Below are positions 29,681 through 40,050 of a DNA stretch of 64,000 nucleotides, in pieces. A program made the position numbers and the translations under genes. A model generated the notes under the pieces. The model was not told the origin of the DNA. It made no database searches and saw nothing but the letters and a program-made list of their open reading frames with translations. The first letter of the stretch is position 1. Each line of letters begins with the position of its first letter. Origin of the DNA: an uncultured Acidimicrobiales bacterium (GTDB taxonomy: Bacteria > Actinomycetota > Acidimicrobiia > Acidimicrobiales > UBA10347); NCBI GenBank assembly GCA_943788915.1, contig CALSSD010000021.1, positions 1 to 64,000 of the forward strand, in the 5' to 3' direction.

Positions 29681-31915
29681 ATGATGCCACTCCAGGGCCT
29701 CACCGTTGTCGCTGTTGCTGGCTCGATGGCCGGCGCCTACTGCGCCAAGATGTTCGCTGATGGCGGTGCCCACGTACTCACAGTTGGGCACAGTCAACTC
29801 AGCGATCACCAACAGGCCTACCTATTGGCAGACACCCAGCCCGCAACTCTGACCGAGGTCGACTTTGCCAACGTTGATGTGCTCATCGAGAGTTCCGCTC
29901 CACTTCCGCTAGCGCCGCTCCTGCTCGACGACCAGCCGCATCTCGTGCGAGTCCAGATCAGCCCGTTCGGGATGCACGGCACCCGATCGCACTGGAAGGG
30001 CACCGACTTGGTCGACTACGCGGCAGGTGGCCATGCGTATCTCTATGGCGATCCCAAGCGCGAACCGCTACGTGGGCCGCCAGATCAGCCCAGCGTTGCG
30101 TCGGGGTTGTACGGCTTCGTCGGCGCCATGGCAGCGATCGTGGCCCGGCCTCGTCTTGGTCATGGTCAGACAGTCGAGATCAGCCATGTACAGGTCATGG
30201 TGGCGCTGCACCAGGTCACTCTGCTGCGGTGGTTCATGACCGGCGACGTGTTCTGCCGCATGGGCAACCGTTACACCGGACAGGGTCAGCCGAACGGCCC
30301 CTACCCGTGCAGCGATGGCTGGATTTCGATCGTCGGCGTGACCCAGCAACAGGTCGAGGGACTACTCGCTGTTACCGGCCTGCTCCATCTGCTTGACCAT
30401 CCCGACATCGATTCGACCATGGACTTCCAGAGTCACCCTCAGCTGCTCGACGAGCCGCTCACGGAATGGCTGAGCAGCCGCTCCGTGGCCGAAGTCGTCG
30501 ATCTGTTCCAGGCGATGCGGATACCTGCCGCGCCGCTTCTGAACCCGCTTGAGCTTGTGGATGACCCCCAACTCATCGACCGGGCATTCTTTCGGCCACT
30601 CGAGTCTGATGCGTCGGTTCGGGCACCTGGCCCGCCATTCACCTTCACCCATCGACAGAACCCTGGTCCAGGCGCGTGGCAACCAGGCGATGTTCAGGGT
30701 GGGCCGCTCGCTGGCCTTCGAATCTTGGATCTGGCCAGGGTGTGGGCTGGCCCGCTCTGCGGTCGCATCCTTCGAGACCTTGGTGCCGAAGTTGTGTGGG
30801 TCGAAGCCCCATGGCATCGAGGCCCCAAGACCGTGCCACCGTCCATGGTCGAAGCAACCCGGTACTTCCCGAACGATGATCCCGGCGAACGGCAGTGGAA
30901 CCGCAACACCCATTTCGTCAAGTACGCACTAGGTAAACAGTCACTGGCACTTGACCTGCAAACCGAGACTGGCCAGGCAACCCTTGCCAGGCTGGTGCCG
31001 CACTTTCATGTTCTGCTCGAGAACTTCAGCTCGCGGGTCATGCCCCAGCTTGGGTTCGACGAAGAGTCGCTGCATGCGCTCAACCCCGATCTGATCTATC
31101 TGACGATGCCGGGTTACGGCCGCAGCGGCCCGGCCGAACATTGGCTGGCGTATGGATCCTCGGTCGACTCTCACGCTGGGCTGTCGGCCTTGATTGGTTA
31201 TCACGACCAAACGCCGTGGAAGGGTGGGATTGCTTGGCCCGACCCGATTGCTGGCCTCCATGCGGCGTCGGCCGTACTCATGCATCTCTGGGCTGGGCTC
31301 GCACACGGGCTGGGTGGTGTAACGATCGAGGCTGCACAGTTCGAATCCACCGTGGCCGCGGTTGGTGACCGGGTCGTTGAAGCACAGGTTGATGGACCGT
31401 TTCAGCCCTGCGGCAACCGCGATCCCCGCTATCTCTTTCAGGGCGTCTACCGGTGTACGGGCGACGACAACTGGATTGCTCTCTCTGTGCTCGACGAAAG
31501 AATGCGCAGCGCTCTTTTCGAGCTCTTCGAACTCGACCTGTCATTGGCATCAGACCATGACCAGTTCGATTGCGCCTTCACCGCAGTCGCGGCCGAACAA
31601 GACGCAGACCAACTTGCTGTTGCGCTGCAAGCCGCTGGGGTTCCCGCTGCCAAGGTGGCCAAGGCTCCCGACCTGGCCAGCGATTCACACCTGCAATCCC
31701 GCAATACTTGGGCAACGGTCGACCAACCCGAGATCGGCCCTTTCACCACCCCGGTCACGCCCATTGGGCTGTCGGCCACCCCACTACTGGACCTCGGACC
31801 TGCGCCCACGCTGGGTCAACACAATCAGCAAACCTTGCATGCCGCAGGTTTCAGCCCCAGCGAAATCAGCGAACTGGTCGAAAGTGGCATCGTCGTTACC
31901 GAACCGCCGAGCTAG
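29681..31915 (+). CDS. Family III (CaiB/BaiF) CoA-transferase, tandem double-domain fusion
   Basis: Two repeats: PLQGLTVV...AGAYCAKMFADGGA and PLAGLRILDLARVWAGPLCGRILRDLGAEV. ENFS, WPDPIAG, APTLGQHN. Confidence 0.9.
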   Translation: MMPLQGLTVVAVAGSMAGAYCAKMFADGGAHVLTVGHSQLSDHQQAYLLADTQPATLTEVDFANVDVLIESSAPLPLAPLLLDDQPHLVRVQISPFGMHGTRSHWKGTDLVDYAAGGHAYLYGDPKREPLRGPPDQPSVASGLYGFVGAMAAIVARPRLGHGQTVEISHVQVMVALHQVTLLRWFMTGDVFCRMGNRYTGQGQPNGPYPCSDGWISIVGVTQQQVEGLLAVTGLLHLLDHPDIDSTMDFQSHPQLLDEPLTEWLSSRSVAEVVDLFQAMRIPAAPLLNPLELVDDPQLIDRAFFRPLESDASVRAPGPPFTFTHRQNPGPGAWQPGDVQGGPLAGLRILDLARVWAGPLCGRILRDLGAEVVWVEAPWHRGPKTVPPSMVEATRYFPNDDPGERQWNRNTHFVKYALGKQSLALDLQTETGQATLARLVPHFHVLLENFSSRVMPQLGFDEESLHALNPDLIYLTMPGYGRSGPAEHWLAYGSSVDSHAGLSALIGYHDQTPWKGGIAWPDPIAGLHAASAVLMHLWAGLAHGLGGVTIEAAQFESTVAAVGDRVVEAQVDGPFQPCGNRDPRYLFQGVYRCTGDDNWIALSVLDERMRSALFELFELDLSLASDHDQFDCAFTAVAAEQDADQLAVALQAAGVPAAKVAKAPDLASDSHLQSRNTWATVDQPEIGPFTTPVTPIGLSATPLLDLGPAPTLGQHNQQTLHAAGFSPSEISELVESGIVVTEPPS

Positions 31916-32221
31916 CCGGCCCGAGTCGCCAACCCACCTGTACCCACAGGTGTACATCGATAGGACATTTGCCTAAGCCGTCTGACTCAAATACGACCAC
32001 TCACTGTGAGCGGAGCTACTCGTTGTTCATACTGACGGTATGTCCAAAGCTCAGTTTCTGGCGCTGGTTGTATCTTGCGGGACATTTGCTGCATTCATCG
32101 TTACCGGCGGTGAAGCGCTTGTGGTCATCGAACGTTTCGCAGCCAGCCTGCCGCTGTAACCAACTTCATCTTTTGCATCGCCTTTCCACCTCGGCCCGTT
32201 CCTGACTAATGTCGGGCAGGG

Positions 32222-33151
32222 ATGGTTTTTATGGAAACAGCAGTGCAGGTCGAGCCAATCAAAGACACCACATTCGGTGCTTGGGTGCGTGGCGTTGATG
32301 TTCGTGAACTCGACGAAGACACGTTCACTACGATTTACGACGCGTGGATCACGTTCGGGTTATTGATCTTTCCCGACCAGTTTCTGTCCAAGGACGAACA
32401 AGACACGTTTGCCCGTCGGTTCGGTGAACTTGAGTTCAGTGCCGCCGCGATTTCCAACATCACCCGCGACGGCATGGTTCATTCAGCCGATGACGACGAT
32501 CTGGTCAAATCACTCAAGGGCAACCAGGCCTGGCATTTTGACAGCACCTACATGCCGGTGCAGGCCAAAGGGGCCGTATTCACCGCCGAGATCGTGCCCG
32601 AAGGCGGCGGTGACACCGCGTGGACCGATGCCCGGGCTGCCTACGACGTACTCGACGACGAGACCAAACAACTCCTCGAAGGCAAACATGCCTACCACTC
32701 CTTGTACTACAGCATGGGTCGCTCCAACCTGCTGCCGACACTGAAGGACGACGGCACCTATGGCATGTACGGCTACCACGACATGGACGTGTCGCTGCGA
32801 CCTCTAACCAAGGTCCACCCCGTCACTGGCCGCACAAACCTGCTGCTTGGGCGCCATGCCCACAATATTATTGGCATGAGCGAATCCGAGTCGACCGAGT
32901 TGATCGATCGCATCAACGCCGCCGCTGCTCAACCACCACGTACCTATCAGCACCAATGGACCGAAGGCGAAGCTGTCCTGTGGGACAACCGCTGCATCAT
33001 GCATCGGGGCGTGCCATGGAAGATGGACGAACCACGACGCATGTGGCATACCCGCATCGCTGGTGACCCAGCGACCGAGTCCGCAGTAAACCATGCTTCA
33101 GCTGAGCTCAGCCCCCAGGCCGAGGCAATGAAAGCCCAGCTCTTCGATTAA
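32222..33151 (+). CDS. TauD/TfdA-family Fe(II)/2OG dioxygenase
   Basis: WHFDSTY, GGGDTAWTDARAAYD, HPVTGR, WDNRCIMHR. Confidence 0.9.
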   Translation: MVFMETAVQVEPIKDTTFGAWVRGVDVRELDEDTFTTIYDAWITFGLLIFPDQFLSKDEQDTFARRFGELEFSAAAISNITRDGMVHSADDDDLVKSLKGNQAWHFDSTYMPVQAKGAVFTAEIVPEGGGDTAWTDARAAYDVLDDETKQLLEGKHAYHSLYYSMGRSNLLPTLKDDGTYGMYGYHDMDVSLRPLTKVHPVTGRTNLLLGRHAHNIIGMSESESTELIDRINAAAAQPPRTYQHQWTEGEAVLWDNRCIMHRGVPWKMDEPRRMWHTRIAGDPATESAVNHASAELSPQAEAMKAQLFD

Positions 33152-34074
33152 CCGAGCAAATCATGCAACATCGCGAAGAATGTGTCTTCGGGATAGTGGG
33201 TCACGATCGTTGCATTCGGTTTCATTTGGGCAAAGCCGTAGTGATCCACGATCAGGGTGCCACGCATGGGATCGGGCCCGATCGCAATGTCGACACCGAG
33301 GAATTCGCTGGTCGCAGGCGCCGGATCGATCGCGTGCGCAACGGCAATGGGATCTGGGAAGTCGGGGCCGTCGAGACGAGTCTCCTCGAAGGCATACGCC
33401 TGGAGAGTCGCTTGGATATCCATGCTGAAGTCGGCCAGTTCGCTCTGTAATGCTCGCAACTCGTCGCGTCGTTGTTCGGTCACCACTGCAGACGTCGTCG
33501 AGATGTCCCACCCAACAAGTTCGACCGGCATACCTGATCGCAAAACGACCCGGACTGCCTCGGGATCCACCCAGAAGTTGAACTCTGCCGTCGGTGAAAC
33601 ATTGCCGGGTCCGTGTTCGCCGGTGCCTCCCATGATCACGACTCGGTCAACCTTCTCGGCGATGTCCGGTGCCCACAACAGCGCTATCGCGACGTTCGTA
33701 AGTGGACCGATGGCCACGAGGGTAATCTCACCTGGATAGGCACGGATGGTGTCCACGATGAACTGCGGCGCCCACCCCTCTGCTGGCGTTCGCCCCTGCA
33801 GGTCGAGGCCGATATCGCCCATGCCATCCTGACCGTGCACGTTCTGCGCCGTCTCGAGATCGCGTGCGAGCGGCTCTGACGCTCCTGCATAGACCGGCGT
33901 AGTGGCGCCGCATAACTCGACGGTGTACAACGCGTTCTGCACTGCCTGATCCAGCGGCACATTGCCAGCAACCACGGTGAAACCAACCACATCGATGTCG
34001 GGATGTCGTAAGGCCATACACATGGCCACTGCATCGTCGCTCGCGGTGTCGGTATCGATCAAGAACTTGCGCAT
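33148..34074 (-). CDS. Inosine/uridine-preferring nucleoside hydrolase
   Basis: IDTDTASDD, VAGNV, VHGQDGMG, IGPLTNVA, AEFNFWVDPEA. Confidence 0.92.
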   Translation of the reverse strand: MRKFLIDTDTASDDAVAMCMALRHPDIDVVGFTVVAGNVPLDQAVQNALYTVELCGATTPVYAGASEPLARDLETAQNVHGQDGMGDIGLDLQGRTPAEGWAPQFIVDTIRAYPGEITLVAIGPLTNVAIALLWAPDIAEKVDRVVIMGGTGEHGPGNVSPTAEFNFWVDPEAVRVVLRSGMPVELVGWDISTTSAVVTEQRRDELRALQSELADFSMDIQATLQAYAFEETRLDGPDFPDPIAVAHAIDPAPATSEFLGVDIAIGPDPMRGTLIVDHYGFAQMKPNATIVTHYPEDTFFAMLHDLLG

Positions 34075-34156
34075 CGGGTGACGTTAGCCACGGCGAGTTT
34101 GGATGAACACCGTTCGGACGGCAATCGTTACCCGAGCACATCTTTAGGGGCACGAC

Positions 34157-37100
34157 ATGCAACGAGTTCTAATAGCTAACCGCGGCGAGATCGCGATACG
34201 TATCGCTCACGCTGCTGCAGCATTGGGGATCGAGGCGGTGACCATCGCGCCAGCGGCTGACGCTGCTGCGCTTCACACCACGGCAGGAACGAGCCACAGC
34301 ACGCTGCCGCCATCATCAGATCCGGTCGCTGCGTACCTCGATATTGATGCGGTTGTCCAGGCGGGGGTGGATTCTGGTTGCGACGCGGTCCATCCCGGTT
34401 ATGGCTTCCTTGCAGAGAACGCCGAGTTTGCTCGACGCTGCGCCCAGGCTGGTATGACGTTTATTGGCCCGTCGCCTGAGGCCCTCGAACTCTTCGGCAA
34501 CAAGGTTCATGCCCGCGAGTTGGCAACTCGGCTCGACATCCCGATCGTGCCGGGTACTGCGGCAGCGGTCTCGACGGCCGACGATGCGGTCACCGCAGCC
34601 GAAGCCATCGGTTACCCAATCATGCTCAAGGCGGCTGCGGGAGGTGGCGGTCGCGGCATACGAGCGGTCACAACTGCCGACGAATTGCCGGCCGCATTCG
34701 AACGCTGCCAAAGCGAAGCCCTGGGGTCCTTTGGTGACGGGTCGGTATTCCTCGAACGTTTGGTCGTTGATCCACGACATATCGAGGTCCAGGTCATGGC
34801 CGACAACACCGGCCACGTGGTTCATTTCTTCGAACGTGACTGCTCGATCCAGATTCGTAACCAGAAGGTCGTCGAAGTTGCGCCCGCGCCCAATCTCAAA
34901 CCTGAGCTGCGGTCCAGAATTCTCGCCGATGCCATCACACTGGTTTCGGGGGCGGACTATCGCAATGCTGGCACCGTTGAGTTTTTGGTGGAACCAAGCA
35001 CCGGTGAGTACTTCTTCATCGAATGCAATCCACGAATCCAGGTCGAGCACACGATTACCGAACAGATCATGGGCGTCGACCTAGTACAGACCCAGTTTCG
35101 TGTCGCCATGGGCGAAACGCTCGAAGCGCTGAACATGGGCGATCAGGACGCCATCGGCGAACCACGCGGATGGTCGCTGCAGGCTCGAGTTGTAGCTACA
35201 GGAACAGGCACGATCACCGGCTACCGGGAACCGTCGGGTCCGGGCGTGCGCGTCGATGGCAGCGGCTATGCCGGTTGGACTCCGCCTCCGCAGTTCGATC
35301 CCCTGATGGCCAAGGTGATCGTGTCGACCCCAAGCGGGACATTCGACGCCGCAGTAGATCATGCTCGCCGGGCAGTGCAGCGATTTCACATTGCTGGGGT
35401 GAGTACAAATCTCGGCCAACTCGACGCGATCCTGGCCCATGATGCCGTGCGCTCTGGCGACGCTCGCACCAGCCTGCTGACCAATGAACCTGGCCTTGCC
35501 AGCGCTCCGGCACCCAGCGGCCCCATGCTTGCGATGCTCGCAGCACAGACAACGAGCCAACCCGCGTCGACTGCCGACTCGGGACCGAGCGCACCTACCC
35601 GGTCGTTGCCAATCGAGCCAGGTGAACAAGCTGTCGAATCGCCACTCGTTGGTGCGGTGATCGAGGTACTCGTCGACGTCGGTGATGCTGTCACGGTTGG
35701 TGACACACTGCTGGTCGTGACGGCAATGAAGATGGAAACATTGGTCACAGCACCGTGCTCCGGTGTGGTTTCCCAACTCGGCGAGTTGCAACAGGGTGAC
35801 CCTGTCACGGCCGGTGATGTCCTGGCCGTGATTACCCCGAGTGAAGACGGTGCACCTGCCCAGGCCCCTAGCGGCGAAAACACGTGGGGCCCGATGCTCG
35901 ACGAGGTCGCGACACTCGAACGTCTCGCCCATGAACGCCTTTCGCCCGGTTCGTCAGATCCAGGTGTTGTGCGCCAGCGAAACCGCAACAAGCTGACATG
36001 CCGAGAACGCATTGACCTATTGCTCGACGATGGGTCGTTCCGAGAGGTCGGGAGCATCGCAGGGTTCGCGTCCTACAACGAATACGGCGACATCGATGCG
36101 TTCACGCCCGCCAACATGGTCGGCGGGCACGGCTTGATTGACGAACGCCCCACCATCGTGTGCGCCGATGACTTCACCTCTCGTGGCGGCCACAGCGATG
36201 GCGCTATCGGCGCCAAGAGCACCTACCTGGATCGGCTCTCGATCGAACTGCAGATGCCATCAATACGCCTGCTTGATGGGTCGAGCGGTGGCGGCAGCGT
36301 GGCCAGCATGGTCCCGAAGCAGAAGGAGACCGGCGACAGCGCAGCCAAAGAGAGCAGCGGCGCGATCAAGGCCGGACGACCGCGTGTCTCCGGCGGTGGC
36401 GGCTCGTTCTTGCCAGGGCACCTGGGTAGCTCGATGTACGCCAAACAGCTCGCCACCGTCCCCGTCGTGAACATGTTGCTCGGCAGCGTGGTTGGCCTGG
36501 GCGCAGCCAAAGCCGTACTCGGACACTTCTCGGTAATGGTGCGCGACACCGCCCAACTGTTTGTTGCCGGCCCGCCGGTCGTGAGTCATGCAATGGGATA
36601 CGAAGTCACCAAAGAAGATCTCGGCGATTGGCGCATCCACTGTCGTAATGGGTCGGTCGACAACTTGGCCGAATCCGAAGAAGAAGCGGTGGCGATGACC
36701 CGACGTTTCCTGTCCTACCTGCCAACCAGCGTGTACCACTCACCCACGGTTCTTGCGCCGACGACGGCAGACCCCGCTGATCGTCGAGACGAGGAACTCT
36801 TCACCATCGTTCCCCGCAACCGCACGACCACCTTCGACATCCGTCGGGCGATTGCGTTGCTCGCCGACAAGGATTCATTCTTCGAGATCGGCGCCTTGTG
36901 GGGCAGCGACCAGGTGGTGGGGTTCGCACGGTTCAACGGCCACCCCGTGGGCATCGTGGCTTCTGACAGCCGTCATATCAACGGTGGCGCACTCACCGCT
37001 GACGGGTGCGACAAGCTGACCCGCCATCTCGACCTGTGTGATCTGTTTCATGTACCGGTGCTGAACCTGGTCGACAACCCAGGTTTTGCCGTGGGCATCG

Positions 37101-37543
37101 AACACGAGATCAACAGCACCATCCGCAAGGGGGCTACATGGATGGTTGCCGCGGCCCAGTCCAAGGTGCCGATGTTCAGTGTTCTCATGCGCCGCAGTTT
37201 CGGTGTGGCCGGCAACAACTATGCGACTCCCCGATCAAACGCGACCATGCGGGTCGCCTGGCCCGCCGCCGACACTGGTGGCATTCCACCCGAGGGCGGC
37301 ATCGAGGCGGCCTACAAACGCCAGCTTGCCGAATCCGACGACCCCGCCGCGCTTCGAGCCGAACTCAACGCTCGGATCGAAAGCGCTCGTGGGCCAGTTG
37401 GGCCACTCAACCGATTCGAACTCGAAGAAATGGTCGATCCCCGCGACACTCGCCGGTTGATCTGCGAATGGCTTCCTACCGCCTATCGCCTTATCAATCT
37501 GCCGACCAATCTCGGGCCCCGGCCTCTCGACTACCGGCCCTAA
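34157..37543 (+). CDS. Single-chain biotin-dependent acyl-CoA carboxylase (BC-BCCP-CT fusion)
   Basis: BC: IANRGEIA, HPGYGFLAEN, KAAAGGGGRG, ERDCSIQ, ECNPRIQVEH. BCCP: AMKM. CT: RERIDLLLDDGSF, DDFTSRGG, VDNPGFAVG. Confidence 0.92.
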   Translation: MQRVLIANRGEIAIRIAHAAAALGIEAVTIAPAADAAALHTTAGTSHSTLPPSSDPVAAYLDIDAVVQAGVDSGCDAVHPGYGFLAENAEFARRCAQAGMTFIGPSPEALELFGNKVHARELATRLDIPIVPGTAAAVSTADDAVTAAEAIGYPIMLKAAAGGGGRGIRAVTTADELPAAFERCQSEALGSFGDGSVFLERLVVDPRHIEVQVMADNTGHVVHFFERDCSIQIRNQKVVEVAPAPNLKPELRSRILADAITLVSGADYRNAGTVEFLVEPSTGEYFFIECNPRIQVEHTITEQIMGVDLVQTQFRVAMGETLEALNMGDQDAIGEPRGWSLQARVVATGTGTITGYREPSGPGVRVDGSGYAGWTPPPQFDPLMAKVIVSTPSGTFDAAVDHARRAVQRFHIAGVSTNLGQLDAILAHDAVRSGDARTSLLTNEPGLASAPAPSGPMLAMLAAQTTSQPASTADSGPSAPTRSLPIEPGEQAVESPLVGAVIEVLVDVGDAVTVGDTLLVVTAMKMETLVTAPCSGVVSQLGELQQGDPVTAGDVLAVITPSEDGAPAQAPSGENTWGPMLDEVATLERLAHERLSPGSSDPGVVRQRNRNKLTCRERIDLLLDDGSFREVGSIAGFASYNEYGDIDAFTPANMVGGHGLIDERPTIVCADDFTSRGGHSDGAIGAKSTYLDRLSIELQMPSIRLLDGSSGGGSVASMVPKQKETGDSAAKESSGAIKAGRPRVSGGGGSFLPGHLGSSMYAKQLATVPVVNMLLGSVVGLGAAKAVLGHFSVMVRDTAQLFVAGPPVVSHAMGYEVTKEDLGDWRIHCRNGSVDNLAESEEEAVAMTRRFLSYLPTSVYHSPTVLAPTTADPADRRDEELFTIVPRNRTTTFDIRRAIALLADKDSFFEIGALWGSDQVVGFARFNGHPVGIVASDSRHINGGALTADGCDKLTRHLDLCDLFHVPVLNLVDNPGFAVGIEHEINSTIRKGATWMVAAAQSKVPMFSVLMRRSFGVAGNNYATPRSNATMRVAWPAADTGGIPPEGGIEAAYKRQLAESDDPAALRAELNARIESARGPVGPLNRFELEEMVDPRDTRRLICEWLPTAYRLINLPTNLGPRPLDYRP

Positions 37544-37620
37544 CTCACCAGCTGGTTTAGGCCAGCATCACCTCTGGGCCGTACTGTCGCATATAGCGAT
37601 ACTTGCGACCTGGGGGAACC

Positions 37621-38427
37621 ATGACCACCGACGATGTAGTCCTGTACGAAACCGCTGATGGCGTGGCCACGATCACGCTCAATCGACCGGATCGGCTGAA
37701 CGCTTGGACCGGCCAAATGGGTCGGGCGTACTTCGATGCGCTCGACCGAGCCGGCGATGATCCCGAGGTTCGAGTCATCGTGGTGACCGGCGCTGGCCGA
37801 GGCTTTTGTGCTGGCGCGGACATGGACATGCTGCAAGGAATTGGTGCTGCTGGCGGTACCGGAACCGATCCCGAGACCCGCCCTCATACCCATGCCACCA
37901 GCATCCCCAAACCGGTAATTGCTGCCATCAATGGTGCATGCGCTGGGCTGGGGTTCGTGCACGCCATGATGGCTGACATCCGCTTCGCCGCCGAAGGCGC
38001 CAAGTTCACCACGGCGTTCTCTCGACGGGGGCTGGTTGCCGAACATGGCGTGTCCTGGGTCCTGCCTCGACTGGTGGGACCTGCTGTTGCGATGGATCTA
38101 CTCATGTCGGGGCGGGTCTTCCTCTCCGACGAGGCAGCCCAACTCGGTGTCGTAAATCAAACGGTTCCCGCTGACGAACTGATGGACACGGTGATGGCCT
38201 ATGCCCGAGACATGGCCGACAATGTGGCATCGACCTCGATGGCAGTGATCAAACATCAGGTCTGGTCACACTACGAACAGACGATGGCTGACTCGCTCCA
38301 GGACACGAACGGGCTGATGGCACGTTCGTTGCGCCGAGCTGACTTCAAGGAAGGTGTTGCCAGCTTCGTTGACAAACGAGCACCAAAGTTCGCATCACTG
38401 ACTTCTGCAGAAGCCGCCGACCTGTAA
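37621..38427 (+). CDS. Enoyl-CoA hydratase/isomerase family protein
   Basis: LNRPDRLNAW, GRGFCAGADM, PKPVIAAINGACAGLG, RRGLVAEHG. Confidence 0.9.
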   Translation: MTTDDVVLYETADGVATITLNRPDRLNAWTGQMGRAYFDALDRAGDDPEVRVIVVTGAGRGFCAGADMDMLQGIGAAGGTGTDPETRPHTHATSIPKPVIAAINGACAGLGFVHAMMADIRFAAEGAKFTTAFSRRGLVAEHGVSWVLPRLVGPAVAMDLLMSGRVFLSDEAAQLGVVNQTVPADELMDTVMAYARDMADNVASTSMAVIKHQVWSHYEQTMADSLQDTNGLMARSLRRADFKEGVASFVDKRAPKFASLTSAEAADL

Positions 38428-38433
38428 AACGAT

Positions 38434-39870
38434 TTACTCGGTGGCCGCAGCGTAACCACCGCGGATCGCGGCCACGTCGACGCCACCTTGTGGTGCGACC
38501 ATGTCGCTCGCGCCAAGACCCCAGCGTTGCTGGACCGCAGCCAGGTCGTGTCCGTCGAGGATCGAAGCCGCCTGGGCCGCAGCACCGGTGGCGACGGTTT
38601 CATCGCTATGGGGAACAGCGATCGGACGGGCCCACAGATCTGCGCATCGCTGACGGTACGCCGCCGAACGAGAGCCCCCTCCGATCAGGTGCAAGGTTCC
38701 TGAGATGTCAACGCCGCACTCAGCCAGCGCATCAACACCGTTGAACAATCCGCACAACACACCGTCGTGAGCGGCAAGGGCAAGCTGCTCACGGGTGGTG
38801 TCGGTGCGTAAACCTGACAACGATCCGGCGGCATCGGGTCGGTTAGGCGTGCGTTCGCCGTCGAACCATGGCACAACGGTTACATCGCTGGGTTCGGCTG
38901 CCAGCGCTAGGTCGGCTAACCCGGGCGCATCGGTACCCAACCACCGAGCGACGGTGTCCGTGACTTTGGTTGCATTGAGCGTGCACACCAACGGCAGAAA
39001 CCCACCTGCAGCATCGGCGAACCCTGCTACTGCCCCGGTCGCGTCGCGTGTTGGGGTAGCCGAGCGGGCATAGGCCACGCCGCTGGTGCCCAACGACATA
39101 ACAAGATCGCCGACGTTCAGGCCCAGTCCAAGTGCAGCACCCATATTGTCGCCTGACCCCGGTCCGATGACCACGTTGTCTGGCAGGCCCAGCGAACTCG
39201 CTGCCTGGGGCGTGATAAGCCCTACCGATTCGTGTGGCCCCAGGACTGTCGGCAGCCGTTCCAACCAACTGGCGCCGTCGATACCAATAAGATCGAGAAG
39301 TTCGGGTCGATACGAATCGGTCGATGCATCGAACCAGCCGGTTCCCGAAGCATCGCCTCGATCGGTGACAAAACGGCCGCTGAGGCACCAAGTCAGATAG
39401 TCATGCGGGAGCAGAACTCGAGCAACTCGGGCAAGGTTTGCTGGCTCGTGGTGTGCCACCCACGCCAGCTTCGAGATCGTGAATGCAGCGACCGGCAGCG
39501 ACCCAATCGCTGCCGCCCACGCATCAGGGTTTGTTGCATTGACCAAAGCCGTGGCCTCGGTCGCCGATGTGGTGTCGTTCCACAACTTGGCAGGGCGAAC
39601 CGCCAAACCATCCTCGTCGAGTAACACCAATCCGTGTTGCTGGCCAGCAACACTCACCGCAACCACGCCGTTCCGAACCTGGGGTGGGATCTGGGCACAG
39701 GCTGCAGCCGCTGCTGCCCACCACGCAGTTGGGTCTTGTTCGCTGACTGGCGGCGTTGTCGGTGGGTGTGATGCCGATGCAGACGCTACGACCGCGCCGG
39801 TGCCGAGCAGCCGAGCCTCGACCTTGGTCGATTGGGTGGACGAATCGATACCTAGAACAACGTCGGTCAT
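38434..39870 (-). CDS. xylB: Xylulokinase (FGGY family)
   Basis: GIDSSTQSTK, GQQHG, AKLWND, TDRGDASGT, GDNMGAALG, SLGTSG, GERTP. Confidence 0.85.
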   Translation of the reverse strand: MTDVVLGIDSSTQSTKVEARLLGTGAVVASASASHPPTTPPVSEQDPTAWWAAAAAACAQIPPQVRNGVVAVSVAGQQHGLVLLDEDGLAVRPAKLWNDTTSATEATALVNATNPDAWAAAIGSLPVAAFTISKLAWVAHHEPANLARVARVLLPHDYLTWCLSGRFVTDRGDASGTGWFDASTDSYRPELLDLIGIDGASWLERLPTVLGPHESVGLITPQAASSLGLPDNVVIGPGSGDNMGAALGLGLNVGDLVMSLGTSGVAYARSATPTRDATGAVAGFADAAGGFLPLVCTLNATKVTDTVARWLGTDAPGLADLALAAEPSDVTVVPWFDGERTPNRPDAAGSLSGLRTDTTREQLALAAHDGVLCGLFNGVDALAECGVDISGTLHLIGGGSRSAAYRQRCADLWARPIAVPHSDETVATGAAAQAASILDGHDLAAVQQRWGLGASDMVAPQGGVDVAAIRGGYAAATE

Positions 39871-39899
39871 GCACCTGTGACAGTAGTTGCCAACAGGTC

Positions 39900-40043
39900 C
39901 TAGGCAGCGAGATCGTCGCAGTTTGGACAGAGGTTGTCGCCACAGTTCTCAAGCGTGCCGCACTGCAGACACGACTCGATCCATGTGTCGTCATCGTCAT
40001 CGAGCGTGCTGGTGTCAACAAGTGTGAGGGAAGTAAGTGTCAT
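39900..40043 (-). CDS. 47-aa acidic CxxC...CxxC (zinc-ribbon-like) microprotein, below the ORF-track cutoff
   Basis: MTLTSLTLVDTSTLDDDDDTWIESCLQCGTLENCGDNLCPNCDDLAA*; ATG 40043, TAG 39902-39900. Confidence 0.6.
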   Translation of the reverse strand: MTLTSLTLVDTSTLDDDDDTWIESCLQCGTLENCGDNLCPNCDDLAA

Positions 40044-40050
40044 GGTTCGT

